64,000 nt of DNA from Octopus sinensis (GCF_006345805.1 NC_043008.1:38378001-38442000), one strand, 5' to 3'. Positions 1 through 12,245 are shown, numbered from the stretch's first letter. Notes: generated by a model from the sequence alone, not told the origin. Made by a program: numbers and translations.

Positions 1-219
1 TTCTCTGCAATGTGTATATGTGTGTGTTGATATGTGTGAAATACAGCTGTTGATTGCTATAAAGAAAATAACTCAGTAAAAGACAGCTAGAGGCAAGGAA
101 TTGTGTTCAGCAAGAATTGAATATCATCAAAATTTGTCTGGCTAGAAATGGAGAAAAGATGCCAACACAGAAAAACAAGAACACATTCATTCCCACATTC
201 ATTCCCACATTCATTCTAT

Positions 220-610
220 TTATGTACATACATACATACATACATAAACATACATACATACATACATACATAAATGCATACATACATACACGCACATACA
301 TACATACATACATAAACATACATACATACACACATACATACACACATAAATACATACATACATACACACACACACATATATATATATACATATATATATA
401 TGTACATACACACATGTGCACACATATATAGATTGATGTTAATATATATACATATATACATATGTGCATATATATACACACATACACATATATACATACA
501 TACACATATTTTTATATGTGTATATATGTGTGTGTACATATATGTATATATGTATGTTCATATGTATGTACATATATGTATATATGTATGTATGTGTGAG
601 TGTATGTATG
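220..610. repeat. Compound (ATAC)n/(AC)n/(AT)n microsatellite
   Basis: Direct reading; explains the overlapping I/H/T/Y and V/C/M/Y ORFs at 107-679. Confidence 0.95.
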
Positions 611-611
611 G

Positions 612-1060
612 AAGGCACAGTCATGGCATTGTGGTTAAGAAGTTCATATTACAATACCACTAAGTGGTTTCTGTTTTAGTATTACAATGCATCTTTGCCA
701 AGTGTCTTCTTCTGTAGGCCTAACTTGACCAGGGCTTTGTGTGGGGATGTAAACAGAACCTAAAACAAGCCTGTCATGTGTGTGTGTGTTTGTCTTGACA
801 TTGCATGGCAATTGTAAATGAGTATGACCTTCATAAAAGGTGTCGTGTTTCATTTTCAGTCTGCTATGAAAACATGTCAAGCCATGGGGAAATATAACCG
901 TTTCTTGGAAACAGGTGAGGTTGGAGACAGGAAGAGCACCTGGTCCATGCAAAATTCTTCCTCAACCCAATTCTACTGACCCAAGCAAGGATAGAAAAAT
1001 TAACATTAAGATGCTGATGACAATGATGACAATGATGATAATGATGATGATGATGATGAG
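612..1060 (+). mobile_element. Decayed composite SINE: tRNA/CORE-like head, internal (TG)n, RTE-type tail ending in (GAT)n
   Basis: Head GGCATTGTGGTTAAGAAGTT...TTTGCCAAGTGTCTTCT; body CTTGGAAACAGGTGAGG shared with 26659-27115; (GAT)n tail. Confidence 0.65.
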
Positions 1061-1292
1061 GATAACTATAACTATTTCAGAATATTCTAAAGGTAAGTTG
1101 TTTTGCCAAGTTAAATGTAGAACCTTGATTTTATTCCTAGATGTAACTGTTCCTATTCCAGAAACCGTCAAAGTAGCCAATCAGATCTCTGTCATTCTTG
1201 ATGGATGCTATTCACTGGTCCAATCAATTCTATTAAATTAGTATGTAATATGTTGTTGTTGTTGTTGTTGTTATTATTATTATTATCATCAT

Positions 1293-1364
1293 CATTCAGG
1301 TCACTGCTTGGTATCGAACTTGGAATCTTGAGGTTAGTAGCCCGTGCTCTTAACCACTATGCCA
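1293..1364 (-). mobile_element. tRNA-derived SINE head (inverted copy)
   Basis: Minus strand TGGCATAGTGG (A box) ... AGTTCGATACC (B box) then AAGCAGTGACCTGAATG; no tRNA acceptor stem closure. Confidence 0.8.
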
Positions 1365-1419
1365 GCCCACGCTTTTAACCCCAAGGTTCCGAGTTAGATT
1401 CCAGGTAGTGACCTGAATG

Positions 1420-1458
<39 letters not shown>

Positions 1459-1634
1459 GTAATAATAATAATAACAACAACAACATTGAAAAATACCTTA
1501 AGAATGAGAATCCAGGTTCGAAATTTCCCCAAGACACCTGATGAAGGCTGGAGAGTATATCAGCCGAAATATTGTGTTAACAACAAACAAGATGAGGACA
1601 AATATCCATCAAATGTAAATAATGTAAATAATGT
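1365..1634 (+). mobile_element. 5'-truncated tRNA-SINE head + (AAT)n + Penelope-like tail with hammerhead
   Basis: 1365-1419 is homologous to the inverted head; followed by (AAT)n, a linker, the HHR motif and an AATGTAAAT repeat tail (1612-1634). Confidence 0.7.
1533..1578 (+). ncRNA. Minimal type I hammerhead ribozyme motif
   Basis: GACAC-CTGATGA-A-GGCTG(gagagtatat)CAGCC-GAAA-TA-TT-GTGTT: intact core, 5-bp stem I (one G-U), 5-bp stem II, palindromic AATATT stem III. Confidence 0.8.
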
Positions 1635-1654
1635 TCATCATTGTCATCACAATG

Positions 1655-1845
1655 ACCATCATCATCATCTTCATCACTGTCATTTAACATCTAGCATCCA
1701 TGCTGGCAAGGGTTGGACAGTTTGGTGAGTGAGAGTACTGCACCAAGCTGCACTTCCTGGTTTGGCATGGTTTCGATGCCTGGATGCTCATCCTAACACC
1801 AGCAACTTTACAAAGTGTATGAGATGGTTTTTTTTTTGTGGCATC
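1655..1845 (-). mobile_element. RTE-type 3' tail repeat, (GAT)n tail on minus strand
   Basis: CATTTAACATC...CATGCTGGCAAGGGTTGGAC...GGATGCTCATCCTAACACC; homologous to 2674, 47722 and 57320. Confidence 0.7.
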
Positions 1846-2673
1846 AGCATTAGTAGTGGTTACTTTATAACTTGCATGACTGGGCCCTAATTTGGCCCCT
1901 ATAAATAAGGGAGATTAGAAGAAAGAGTGGACAATGATCCATGTCAGAGGGATGAGGGATGGTAGGTAAGAACAGAGGAATGGGGGAGTGTGACGGAGAA
2001 CAGGAGAAAAAGAAGGGATAAGCAACAGGGTAAAGTGAAAGTAGGGGACAGAGATGATGTTTATTCTTAAACTTCTGACATTTTAATTCGCCTGTGTTTG
2101 CCAAGCTAAGAGTTTATCAGCTTGAAACGGTTTTTATTGAGTCAACACTGGCGGTAACCGATATTTCATAGAAGCCAACTGTATTTGTAAGTTAATGAAT
2201 GTAAGCAAAGCACAAGAATAAGAATCATGGCTAATTTAATAGATTTCTACTTATATTTACCAAACACAGATTGCAATTTTGAAAGAAGCACATATGTAGG
2301 ATGTTGTATCTGTAATAGAATGGCAGGAACCTAACATAAAATAGATCATGATAATTGCTAAAGTTGTTTATAATTTTAAAACGCTATACAAAAGATGGTG
2401 ATAGTGATGGCACCGAAAGTGATGATAATGAAAGACGATGACATGATGATAACTGCAATAGTAGAGGTACTAATGAAATTGTGATGACGATGATGTCAAT
2501 GAAGATAACGATGTTCAAAGAAATGATGGTGGTACTGCTGAAAACATCAGAAAGTATTTAGAGAAAAACGACACTGAAATTGCTTGTTATTACTTTCAAT
2601 AAGCTTTTATCAGGGCTTGAACTCAGATCTCCGTCGGTGAATATACTGTTTTTAATATCAGTTTCTGGCTAGT

Positions 2674-2918
2674 CATCATCATCATCATCCTCATTTAACA
2701 TCCGCTGTCCATGCTAGCAATGAGTTGGGCAGTTTGACTGAAAACTGGTAAGCGAGGGAGCTGCACCAGGTTCTAAGCTGATTTGGCAAAGTTTCTACGG
2801 CTGGATGTCCTTCCTAATGCCAACCACTCCGAGAGTGTAGTGGGTGTATTTTGCAGGCCATCAGCATGACCTGACATAGACATCAGCCACAACTACAGTC
2901 TCACTTAGCTCAACAGGT
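2674..2918 (-). mobile_element. RTE-type 3' tail repeat
   Basis: (CAT)n-TTTAACATCCGCTGTCCATGCTAGC...GGCTGGATGTCCTTCCTAATGCCAACCACTCCGAGAGTG. Confidence 0.75.
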
Positions 2919-2924
2919 CAACAC

Positions 2925-3425
2925 AATCACAGATTGGAAGGATGTTGGCTTTTATAAGCCTCTTCCCACAGATAGGACCATCAATTTGTGTACCAAGACC
3001 AGCTGAACAAATTAAATGTAACAATTCACCAGAGGTATCCAGCACTTACTAAATCCTTCATCACTACAATACTCTTCTTTTCAGGTGTAGCAGTAGTTAT
3101 TGGGGCTTGGCTGATAAGTTTGGCCACACCCTTCCTATTTTCCTGACCTTGCACCTTCAGATTTCCACCTGTTTCAGTCTCTTCAAATTCATTGAATTGA
3201 CAGACCTTCAATTCTGAAGAGGATGTAAAATTCACCTAGAAGAGTTTTTTGCCAGCAAAACAGAAAATCCTTTGAACAAGGAATAAATGGATCTGCAAGA
3301 TGGCAAAAGATACTGAAACAAGACAGTAATTATATCATTGACTGGGTAAATCACTTCAGTTTTTAAGACTTGTGTCTTATTTTTGCTTAAAAATAAACCA
3401 AATACACTTTTTGGCCAGCCCAATA
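2925..3425 (+). mobile_element. Decayed mariner transposase C-terminal half with right TIR
   Basis: 3127-3174 encodes HPSYFPDLAPSDFHLF (mariner HPPYSPDLAPSDYHLF motif), then frameshifted TFNSEEDVK/HLEEFFASK/FEQGINGSARWQKILKQDSNYIID; TIR-like ACTTTTTGGCCAGCCCAA+TA at 3406-3425. Confidence 0.85.
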
Positions 3426-4149
3426 AAATAGAAACAATTAAATACTTTATGAGGTAGTTATGAAGAAAATAGTCTTTTACAGCTCAATTGTGATAGAATG
3501 ACAAAAATCATATTTTTAGTTTAATAATAATTTCTCTCTTAAATAATATTTGTAGAATAAAATAAACTATATCCTGAAGGAGCTAAAACTAAAAATTCCA
3601 ATGTTAATGCTATTTTTCTTGTATGACAAATTATGTTTTCTTTTAAATGATTATTTGTTATTGCTGAAAGCAAATTTAGATACAGAATTGTTTGTATATT
3701 ACAGAAAATAAACTTGTTTATAAACCACTTCTTGAATTTGTAATAAACTATTCAACCCCATTCACAGTCTATTTGGATTCACATTCACAAAAAGAAATAT
3801 TTTGGCTGCCATGTTTGTTGTGATATTTTCTTTCTGATGGTGTAGTCTTGGTTAAATGGAACAAATTCTTTGCAGAATTTTTGTTAGTTTTCATTTACTT
3901 TAGTTTATTTATTTTTGCATTACCGGATTCTATTGTTCTAATTTTTTACATTTGGCTGTGTGGTTAAAGACGTTTGCTTCTCAACCTTGTGATTTCAGGT
4001 TCAGTTCAATTGCATGACACTTTGGAAAAATGTTTTCTTCAGTTGAAGATGATTTACGAGTGTTCTGCCTTTCGTGAATAACTCGCACAAATGTCTTGTT
4101 TATAGTGATCAAATGACTGTGCTATGCATTAGCCCATGGCCTCCATGAA

Positions 4150-4315
4150 ATCGATGTTGCCCATACAGGACATGGTGTGCCACATGTCAGTGTCAAAGTG
4201 ATCACAGAGTAATGTAAGATGGAAAGCTTTGCTTAAGAACACAATCCACTACCTGGCGTAGGAATTGAAAGCACAATCCCCTGATTGTGAGTGCAACATT
4301 CTAACTACTAGGTCA
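4150..4315 (-). mobile_element. Decayed tRNA-derived SINE with CORE-like segment
   Basis: GCTTAAGAACACAATCC...GGAATTGAAAGCACAATC...CTAACTACTAGGTCAC; similar to 7545-7757. Confidence 0.55.
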
Positions 4316-4436
4316 CACACATGCGCACACGCACATACACACACACACACATATATGTATGTGAGTGTGCGTGTGTGTGTGTGAGTGTGTGTGTGTGTGT
4401 GTGTGCGTGTGTGTCTACGCTTGAGTGCCTGAGTGC

Positions 4437-4940
4437 CTGACCCAATTTGCTGACTTTTCTGATGGCACACAGATGCTGATGAATGGTTGAATGACCAAAT
4501 CCAAGCTTCTCTCCTAGTTACATTGGGATTTTGTTCCACCAGCGTTTGCAGGACATCGTCATCGAATTCTACAGATCTCCTAAGATGAAGGTTGTCTTCT
4601 GGCAGTAGTTTCCAGTTTGGAATTTTTGGAACCACCGTTGACACTGGTTTATGCTTATTGTCTGATCCCCATATACTGCATTAATATTTCTTGCACTTTC
4701 CATTGCGTTGTTGCTTTTATTGAACTTATAGAGCAAAATATGCCGAATATGCTCCTTTGTCACATCCATTAAAGCTTTGCAAAAATAACTACTAAAATCG
4801 AACTGCACTCTTCAAAACTTGTACTAAAAATAAGCACAAGGTAAAATCACTACCTGCTTTTATAGCAAGTTGATGCAGGTACTTTATCTCATCCCCCTCT
4901 GACTTTTAATTTCTGAAATTATTTATGAGGTAACCCAATG
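4437..4940 (-). mobile_element. Decayed mariner 5' half (N-terminal HTH region and 5' TIR)
   Basis: ATG at 4769: MDVTKEHIRHILLYKFNKSNNAMESARNINAVYGDQTISINQCQRWFQKFQTGNY, frameshift to RRSVEFDDDVLQTLVEQNPNVT; TIR-like ATTGGGTTACCTCATAAAT at 4921-4939. Confidence 0.9.
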
Positions 4941-5899
4941 CGTGTATATATATATATATATATATACATATTGATATAGAGAGAGGGAGAGGATGAGAGA
5001 GAAGGTTAGAGGATGAGAGATAACTTCATTACACTGAACACTCTTAACAGATTTTTTTATATATATGTATGTATGTTTTTGTCTGGTATTTTTTTAATTT
5101 GTTGACACCAATTAAATAAAGTTTTAGTAATTTAACGAAATAAATTACGCTATCATTCTATACATTTACACACATTGGGAAGAGATGTATACCGCTATCT
5201 CTCAAAGATTTAATTTTATATATGTATATGCATATGTATGTATGTATGTATGCATAATCTCTTAAACTTAATGTCATCAATTTAAATAAAATTCTTGTAA
5301 TTTAATGAATTAAATTATGTACATTACAGTATCATTCTGTATGTACAAACATTTGGAGGTGATGTGCACTGCTTGCTCTCAAAGATTTTAAATTCTCTCA
5401 AACAGAATTGTCGTTATGTCGGAATAGAATTAACAGATATAAACTCAGAAGAATATAACATTAGATAAAGCATTGTTCTGATCTACCTTCTGGTATACCA
5501 TTTCTTTCTTCTAATTTTTTCATATTCTTTGGAGAATTTAAAGCAACAATGGAAATAATTAATGTAATGCCGTTAATCCTGCAAAAGAAATCCATTGCCA
5601 AACTAATAAGCAGTTTGAAACTGACTTTACTTCAAGTATATCTGCCAAATATGTATTCATTTACCAGTGGTATTATAGGATTAAATGAAAAAAGGAAAAA
5701 TTAGACATTTACTGTCTTTGAAACTAGAATGATAGATTGTTGTTCCTTCAAATTATAGATCTCACAAATGACAAAACAGTTAAAAGTTTTGAGATGTGTA
5801 GCTTTGGAAACCTGTTGAACTTACATCAACCGTTCATTTTGATAATTAATGAGGAATCAAAATAAATTGAATCACTCTGTGCAAAGAAGCTCTTTAATA

Positions 5900-6057
5900 A
5901 ATAAATGGTGATGTGTTTATATATATATGTGTGTGTGTGTGTATGTGTGTGGTGTTTGTGAGTGTGTGTATACATGTAGCTATATATATGTATATGCATG
6001 TGTACATCTCTCACTCTCCTTTTATCAATCGATCTATCTATCTCTCTTTCTCTATCA

Positions 6058-6104
<47 letters not shown>

Positions 6105-6215
6105 CATGTATATATATATATATATATGTATGTATGCACGTATGCATGTATGTATGTATGTATGTATGTATGTATGTATGTATGTATGTATGTATGTATG
6201 TATGTTACACACATA
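5900..6215. repeat. Compound (TG)n/(TC)n/(TA)n/(TATG)n microsatellite
   Basis: Direct reading. Confidence 0.95.
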
Positions 6216-6419
6216 TTTCTTGAGTAATTTACTGTATAGTTTTTTAAATCAACTGTATAGTATATACTCCTCAATCTGTAGTATCAAATGCCATATTTTT
6301 CTTCAATTTAATGTTTATTTAAGTTACATTTGCTGAAGAAATTATGGCTATCTATCATATCAGCATACAATAAGTCTATTATAGAAACAGTAATTTGAAC
6401 AAATCCTTTTAAGTTTCAA

Positions 6420-6452
<33 letters not shown>

Positions 6453-6503
6453 AAGCACATTTATGCGTGTGTGAGTATGTGTGCGCGCATGCGTGTGTAT
6501 GTT

Positions 6504-6548
<45 letters not shown>

Positions 6549-7544
6549 GTATACACACACACATATATCTACACACATTCACATTCATATATACCCACAT
6601 ATGTATTTATGTATATGTATGTATACACACACATACAGATACATACACACACACATTTATATATGTGAATACAATATTTGAAGTGAACTTGTAATCTGAT
6701 TTCTATGGTTTCACTATTCATACTTATATGAGATGTGTTTTACTTAAGGCATACTTGAATTGGTAAATCTTTTGAAATTACTTAAAGCTAAAGTAATTCA
6801 TCTATTATGTGAACCTGAAGAATTTCAAGATCTTTAGGTTATTATTACCATACAGATGTTAGCAGCTGCTGACTTCTAATAGAATCCTGGATTTAATCCA
6901 AAACCAAAACAAAAAAGGAGAAATTTGCCCATATAAGAGGCTATCAATTAGGAATCAACAATGCAGCTTAAAATTGAATTCCAATTAAACCTTCTTTCAT
7001 TTGAAAAATACAAATCATTCACAAACATTTCGTATGTTATTTGGCGGTTGATCTCCCAAATGAAATGGGGAGTTCCATTGGGTTTTTTTTTTAAATTGCT
7101 GTTGCTATCTGTCAGTCACAACTCCTGACAGATGTGTCAATGTGATTCAGTAACAGGGTTGGGGAATTTGAACCCAACATGTAAAATAGACTGAAACAGA
7201 TACTGCAAAACATTTCATTTGATTCTGTGACAATTTTGCCAATCTGCTATCCTAAACTGTTCTTTTTTTTTTTAATCAACTCCGAAAGGATGAAAAGCAA
7301 GGCTGATCTCAGAATGCAGTGGGTCCAAACAAATATCAGGAAGCATTCTATTCGACATTCAAATAAGTCTGTCAACCTATGACCTTCTGAAATTTCCAGA
7401 TGACAAGATGTCTGTGTGTTACTAGGCAATCAAATTCATCTTCTGACAATTTATCACAAAGACACGGTTCTTTTTTAAAAGCAATCTCGACTCTGGTTCT
7501 CCTACAATTCAAAAAAGAAAAAAAGAGGCCATAGGCTCATAAGG

Positions 7545-7757
7545 TGGGTTTTCTGGATTCTGTAGCAAATGTATTCCTCCTTGGATGGGACACTGGTCTG
7601 TTACAGGATTACTCACTTTTGTGAGCTGAATGGACTGGAACAGTGTGAAATGACGTGTTTTGCTCAAGAACACAACACATCACTCAGTCCAGGAATTGAA
7701 ACCGCAATCTTACAATCATGAGATGAGAGCAGTACCCTAACCACTAAGCTATTTGCT
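7545..7757 (-). mobile_element. tRNA-derived SINE with CORE-like domain
   Basis: GGATGGGACACTGGTC...GTGTTTTGCTCAAGAACACAAC...GGAATTGAAACC...CCCTAACCACTAAGC; A and B box remnants on minus strand. Confidence 0.65.
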
Positions 7758-7933
7758 GCCACACTTCTACAATTGATGACACTATGTTATGACCATGAGA
7801 CAGCTGACACAAATCTTAATTGATCAACCCACCAGGCTGTAGTAAGAACCATAACAAAGGAGAATTCATTGACGGAAGTAAGCACACAAAACAGTTGACT
7901 TCTTTATCATTAACTTATATCATTAATTTATAT

Positions 7934-8360
7934 GAGGCAGCAAGCTGTCAGAATCATTAGCATGCTGAACAAGATGCCCAAGCAGCATTTCTTGTGTGTT
8001 TTACATTCTGAGTTCATGTTACCAAGGTTAACCCTTTCGTTACCAACCCAGCTGAAACCGGCTCTTTCTCTGAGTACACATGTCTTGTTTTCATAAGTTT
8101 TGAATTAAAATCTTCCATCAAACCTTAGTCACAATTTATGTTCCTAACACTAGCTGAATGATAACTAAGTTATTTTACTAAATTCTTTGTTATATTTAAA
8201 ATTAATTGAAAGAAACACAGAGCATCTCAAAATAAGTACAGTAACGAAGGGGTTAATGAAACCATTCAACATTTCAGGTTCAATAAGATAAAGCTAGTGG
8301 GATCAATGACGTCGGCTTCCTCCTCTCATCGAAATATCAGGTCTTGTGCTTGTAGAAGAG
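7934..8360 (+). mobile_element. Decayed family-B tRNA SINE interrupted by a MITE
   Basis: GAGGCAGCAAGCTGTCAGAATCATTAGCATG...TTCTGAGTTCA; SINE similarity resumes after 8256. Confidence 0.6.
8032..8252. mobile_element. piggyBac-type MITE (221 bp)
   Basis: TTAA|CCCTTTCGTTAC ... GTAACGAAGGGG|TTAA; 12-bp TIR with 1 mismatch; TTAA at 8028-8031 and 8253-8256. Confidence 0.85.
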
Positions 8361-8384
8361 AAGATCATTAAATTGTGGTGAACA

Positions 8385-8590
8385 CGTAGAATTATTACTG
8401 TTTTGGTCAAAATGCTTAGTAGCAGTTACTCTAGCTCTTCACGTTTTGAGTTCAAATTCCACCTTGGTTGATTATATTATGTCTTTTATCCTTTCAGGGT
8501 CAATAAAAAATGTGTCTGTCAAACACTGGAGTCCATGTAATCAACTTCCCCTCCCCTCAAAATATCTGTATTTGTGTCAAAATTAGAAAG
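8385..8590 (+). mobile_element. Decayed family-B SINE
   Basis: TTTTGAGTTCAAATTCCACC...TTTTATCCTTTCAGGGTCAATAAAAAATG. Confidence 0.6.
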
Positions 8591-8997
8591 TATTATTAAC
8601 TATATACTCATATCACTAAAGTGAAACACTCTAATGAAACTTAGAAGTAAAAGCAACAGGGATTTTTCCCAGAATTGAGATTTACCCAATATCCCCTGAT
8701 TTTCAAAGTCAGTCTAGAGCCTGGTTCTTATTAAGTTCTATCTGTTATGGGAGACAGGCAATGTTTTATTGCATCACCAAACCTAATCAAAAGGAAACCA
8801 CCAGCAGAAGAAATTACTTTACTGTAAACTACAATAATACATTACTGTGAGTATTAAGCTAAAGATGCATATTATCCATATGGATTCATCACCTGGTATA
8901 TCTTGGCTTTTATATAGGTACCCTGTATACTAGGGTACTGAAAGAAATGAGAAAAATGGTTGACAACAGAAGAGGCATGAGGATAATGACAAACATG

Positions 8998-9098
8998 ATT
9001 GGGTTGTCATGGGAAGTACAAGGTTAACTTTTGCATTAAGCATGAAAAAATGGCCTTAGAACATTTGATGATGATTTATTCTGATTCCATAACCCAAT
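8998..9098. mobile_element. Possible ~100-bp mariner-derived MITE
   Basis: ATTGGGTTGTCATGGGAA ... TTCCATAACCCAAT imperfect TIRs resembling the mariner TIR at 4921-4939. Confidence 0.45.
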
Positions 9099-9868
9099 TT
9101 ATAGTACTTTATATGTGCTGGAAACATTCTTATAATTTAGCCATTTGCAGTTTTAATCAGATGAAAGAAGAAAGCATGATGGAAGGAAAAGAAAAAGAGA
9201 AATAAACTAAAGAACATGCACTCTATCTGGTTGAAATAGATTCATGGGAAAAAATATATAATAACATTGAATGCTGAAATATACTTTTATATTCTGAACA
9301 AAAACCTATTATATAAACATTTAAATAATGATATCAGAATGATAAAGTGTTATAGCAATCGATTATATAAATATGTTAAGAGCAAAAGCTCAAAAAAAAT
9401 AATATATAATGTTTGTTATTTCACTAAAGTGCAAGAAAATCAAAAAACTTGAAATACATTCATCAATAAGAACAGGAAAAGAAAGATTTTAAAAATATTG
9501 ATATGTTGATATTAATGAGTATATTTGTATGTATATATATGTGTGTGTGTGTATCCTTCGTATTTAGAAAACAGATAAAAAAAAGATATGCCATAAAGCT
9601 AAACTCTTTATGGATGGGAAACTTAAGGTAATCCCATAAATAGGCGTTCTCCATTTTTAATGTATATATATATATATATATAAATATATATATATATACA
9701 CACACACACTCATATATATCTATATCTATATACATATACATACATATATACATATATATATATAGTGAATCCAAACAAAGAAGAACAAGCAAGAAAAACA
9801 AACAAAAAATGCAAGGACGTGGTACAAAGTACTGTATTATCATACACTCAGTAAAGGAAGGTAAGAGG

Positions 9869-9903
9869 ATTTAATGTTTCGAGCCAAGCTCTTCGTCAGA
9901 AAT
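9869..9903 (-). ncRNA. Minimal type I hammerhead ribozyme motif
   Basis: Minus strand ATTT-CTGACGA-A-GAGC(ttg)GCTC-GAAA-CA-TT-AAAT; CUGANGA and GAAA intact. Confidence 0.75.
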
Positions 9904-10037
9904 AAAGGAAAGTCCAAAAGAAGGAAAAGCATAAACACACACACACAGACATACATATATATATATGATCTCTTGAGCACCACCAGCTCAAATATTTTCT
10001 CCTCTGTCTTCCCCCCTTGGGATCTTTCCTTCTCCTT

Positions 10038-10072
10038 GTTTCCGATGAAGAGCTCCGCTCGAAACGTTAAAC
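10038..10072 (+). ncRNA. Minimal type I hammerhead motif, U4C variant
   Basis: GTTT-CCGATGA-A-GAGC(tcc)GCTC-GAAA-CG-TT-AAAC; palindromic AACGTT. Confidence 0.7.
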
Positions 10073-12245
10073 CCTCCTTCCCTTCTTTCCTGGGCGTCAA
10101 TAATACTTTAATTGTTCCACGTCCTGCGTTGCTGTGTTTTTTTCTCTTTTTTTCTGTGTTTTCTTGCTTGGATTAACTTTATATTTATATATAGTCTGTT
10201 TGGCTGATAAGCAATTCCAATTTGTTGGTTAATTCTAATATTAACTTTTAGAATAAAATTATATACCATCTCTCTCTCTCTCACTTGCATACACACACTT
10301 ATATACACACACATACATACACACATGCCTTGCAGTCATAGATCAGCTCAAGACAATAGTAGAAGAATTTTGGGCCAGATGCCCAGCAGTTAGATTGAAC
10401 CTGGCAGCCTATAATTGCAAAGAGAACTTCTCAAACACTCTACCCTACGTGAGCCTCATATAACAACAATAACCAGTTAGAATACTTTCGGATTACTCGG
10501 TAGTTCATTTGATATAACAGATACAATGAAGCACTGCAGTTCTATGTCTCCTTTTATTCTGACACATCTATGAAAACTTGAGAGATACTTCAAATTTAGA
10601 AAGATTTTACAACAGGAAGCCTGGCAATACAATAAAGCAATGATGTTTTATACAGAAATTGCCTAAGCCATTAGCTACTTCCCATTTACTTTCAGATATA
10701 AATTTTCTAAAATATACTACTTTGTTGTGAAAGTTTCTGCATTTGTTCTATCGTTTATGAAATATGTTCATACTCACAGAAACTGTAATATATGGAAGTA
10801 GTTAAAATTTTCTCCAATACAAACACTCATGCTCACAAATTATTGCTGATTGGAAACTAAGAAGGATGTTACATCTTATATTTATAATGATCACCGACCT
10901 ATAAAGACTTCATGCATATCTAAATTTTAATTTCCTGTCTTCTTCGTTCCCATAAAACAAATTAAATTTGTGTAAGTATGATCTTAAAGAATAAGAAACA
11001 CCACTAATCATTGGCTAATTTTCATGTCACTAAAAGTCAAAGCGAATGAGCGACACTGTAGCTAAAAGTTTATCAAAGAAATTTCTCTGAGAATCAACTA
11101 GTAGTTTGATGATGGTATTGATGTTGCATTTGGAGTTCTAGAAGTTAAAGTAGACGAAAAAAAAAATTTTCTTCAAGTGGACATTAAATGTGAGGGTCAG
11201 ATACAAGGTTAAAAAGATGAACATTTATTTATTCACCTATGGATAAATGTTCCATAGCTGAGAGGAAGCTAAAAATGGACAGAAAGGACAGCTGAATGAT
11301 TAAATTTGAAAAAGTGCAAACACTTTTCTTAGCCAGACACTTCAATCTGAAATATTACATAAATGCAACTAGGTCAAATTGAAGAGGCAAATGCTATATT
11401 CTATCATATATAATTGCAAGAACATGTATGTGTGTCTATATATGTTTGTACTTGTGTGTGGTTGAAGAGAGCGATATATATATATATATATGTGACTGTT
11501 AGTCTTCCATTATAGAATATTATCCAAATTTTCATCTGTGTGATATCTTATCTTTAACATGTCTTACAACAAAGGGGAGCTATGATGATAGGGTATGTTC
11601 ACTGACTGGTTGCTCTGATCAGCCAATAAACAAAAATGTCTATCAAGCATTCATGTCTTTCTTTTCTTGAGGAGTAAAGGTATTACCTTTAACCTGTGTG
11701 GCAAGGATCCAGTTGCATCAGAAAGGTGAAGGAAATAGGAAATGAACATGATTGGCATGGCTTATAGGAAGTTTAAAGCTTGAAATAGCAAAGGTTAGTA
11801 TATTGTAAGGTATATAATGATAATGTTCAGGTGGCACAATATTTTGGAAATAATTGTCATTTATATTCTCTTGAAGGATAAACTTACATATAAGAAAAAA
11901 CACATTTTATATATTTGTATGCTCAGCCACAGCCAGAGCATGGAAACTTATATGTATCATGTAAGGTAACGAACTGGAAGAATCGTTATTGTGCCAAAAC
12001 AAAATACTTAGAACCATTTTTCCAGCTTTATATTCTAGTTTAGATGCACAGCAGTTGACTTTGTCCTTCATCCTTTCTGAGTCGATGAAATAAGTACTAG
12101 TTGAGCACTGGGGTTGATTTAATTGCCTAGCCCCATCCCATAAAATTTCAGACCTTGTGCCTGGAGTAGTAAGAATTATGCAATAAGGTTTCAATATTTC
12201 CTAAACATATCATCCCATCTTTTGAATTTAAAAATATTTTTATTA

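Larger units (their letters stand above)
9764..10178. mobile_element. Inverted (head-to-head) pair of Penelope-like terminal repeats
   Basis: 9764-9930 is a diverged reverse complement of ~10000-10178; each arm carries an HHR motif; flanked by (TA)n. Confidence 0.75.

Noticed and set aside
2172-2186. Plus-strand 15-nt AG...GTAAGT microexon-like pattern
   Set aside because: Weak pyrimidine tract; kept only as a reminder that such patterns arise by chance.
3050-3235. Apparent 186-nt minus-strand exon with AG/GTAAGT borders (VNFTSSSELKVCQF...)
   Set aside because: It is the antisense of the mariner catalytic region (HPSYFPDLAPSDFHLF on plus).
5825-5876. 52-nt minus-strand segment with good acceptor and GTAAGT donor
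   Set aside because: Stops in all three frames; could only be a UTR or poison exon, with no further support.
11687-11693. 7-nt minus-strand microexon-like GTTAAAG|GTAATA
   Set aside because: Frame-shifting length and a mediocre acceptor.
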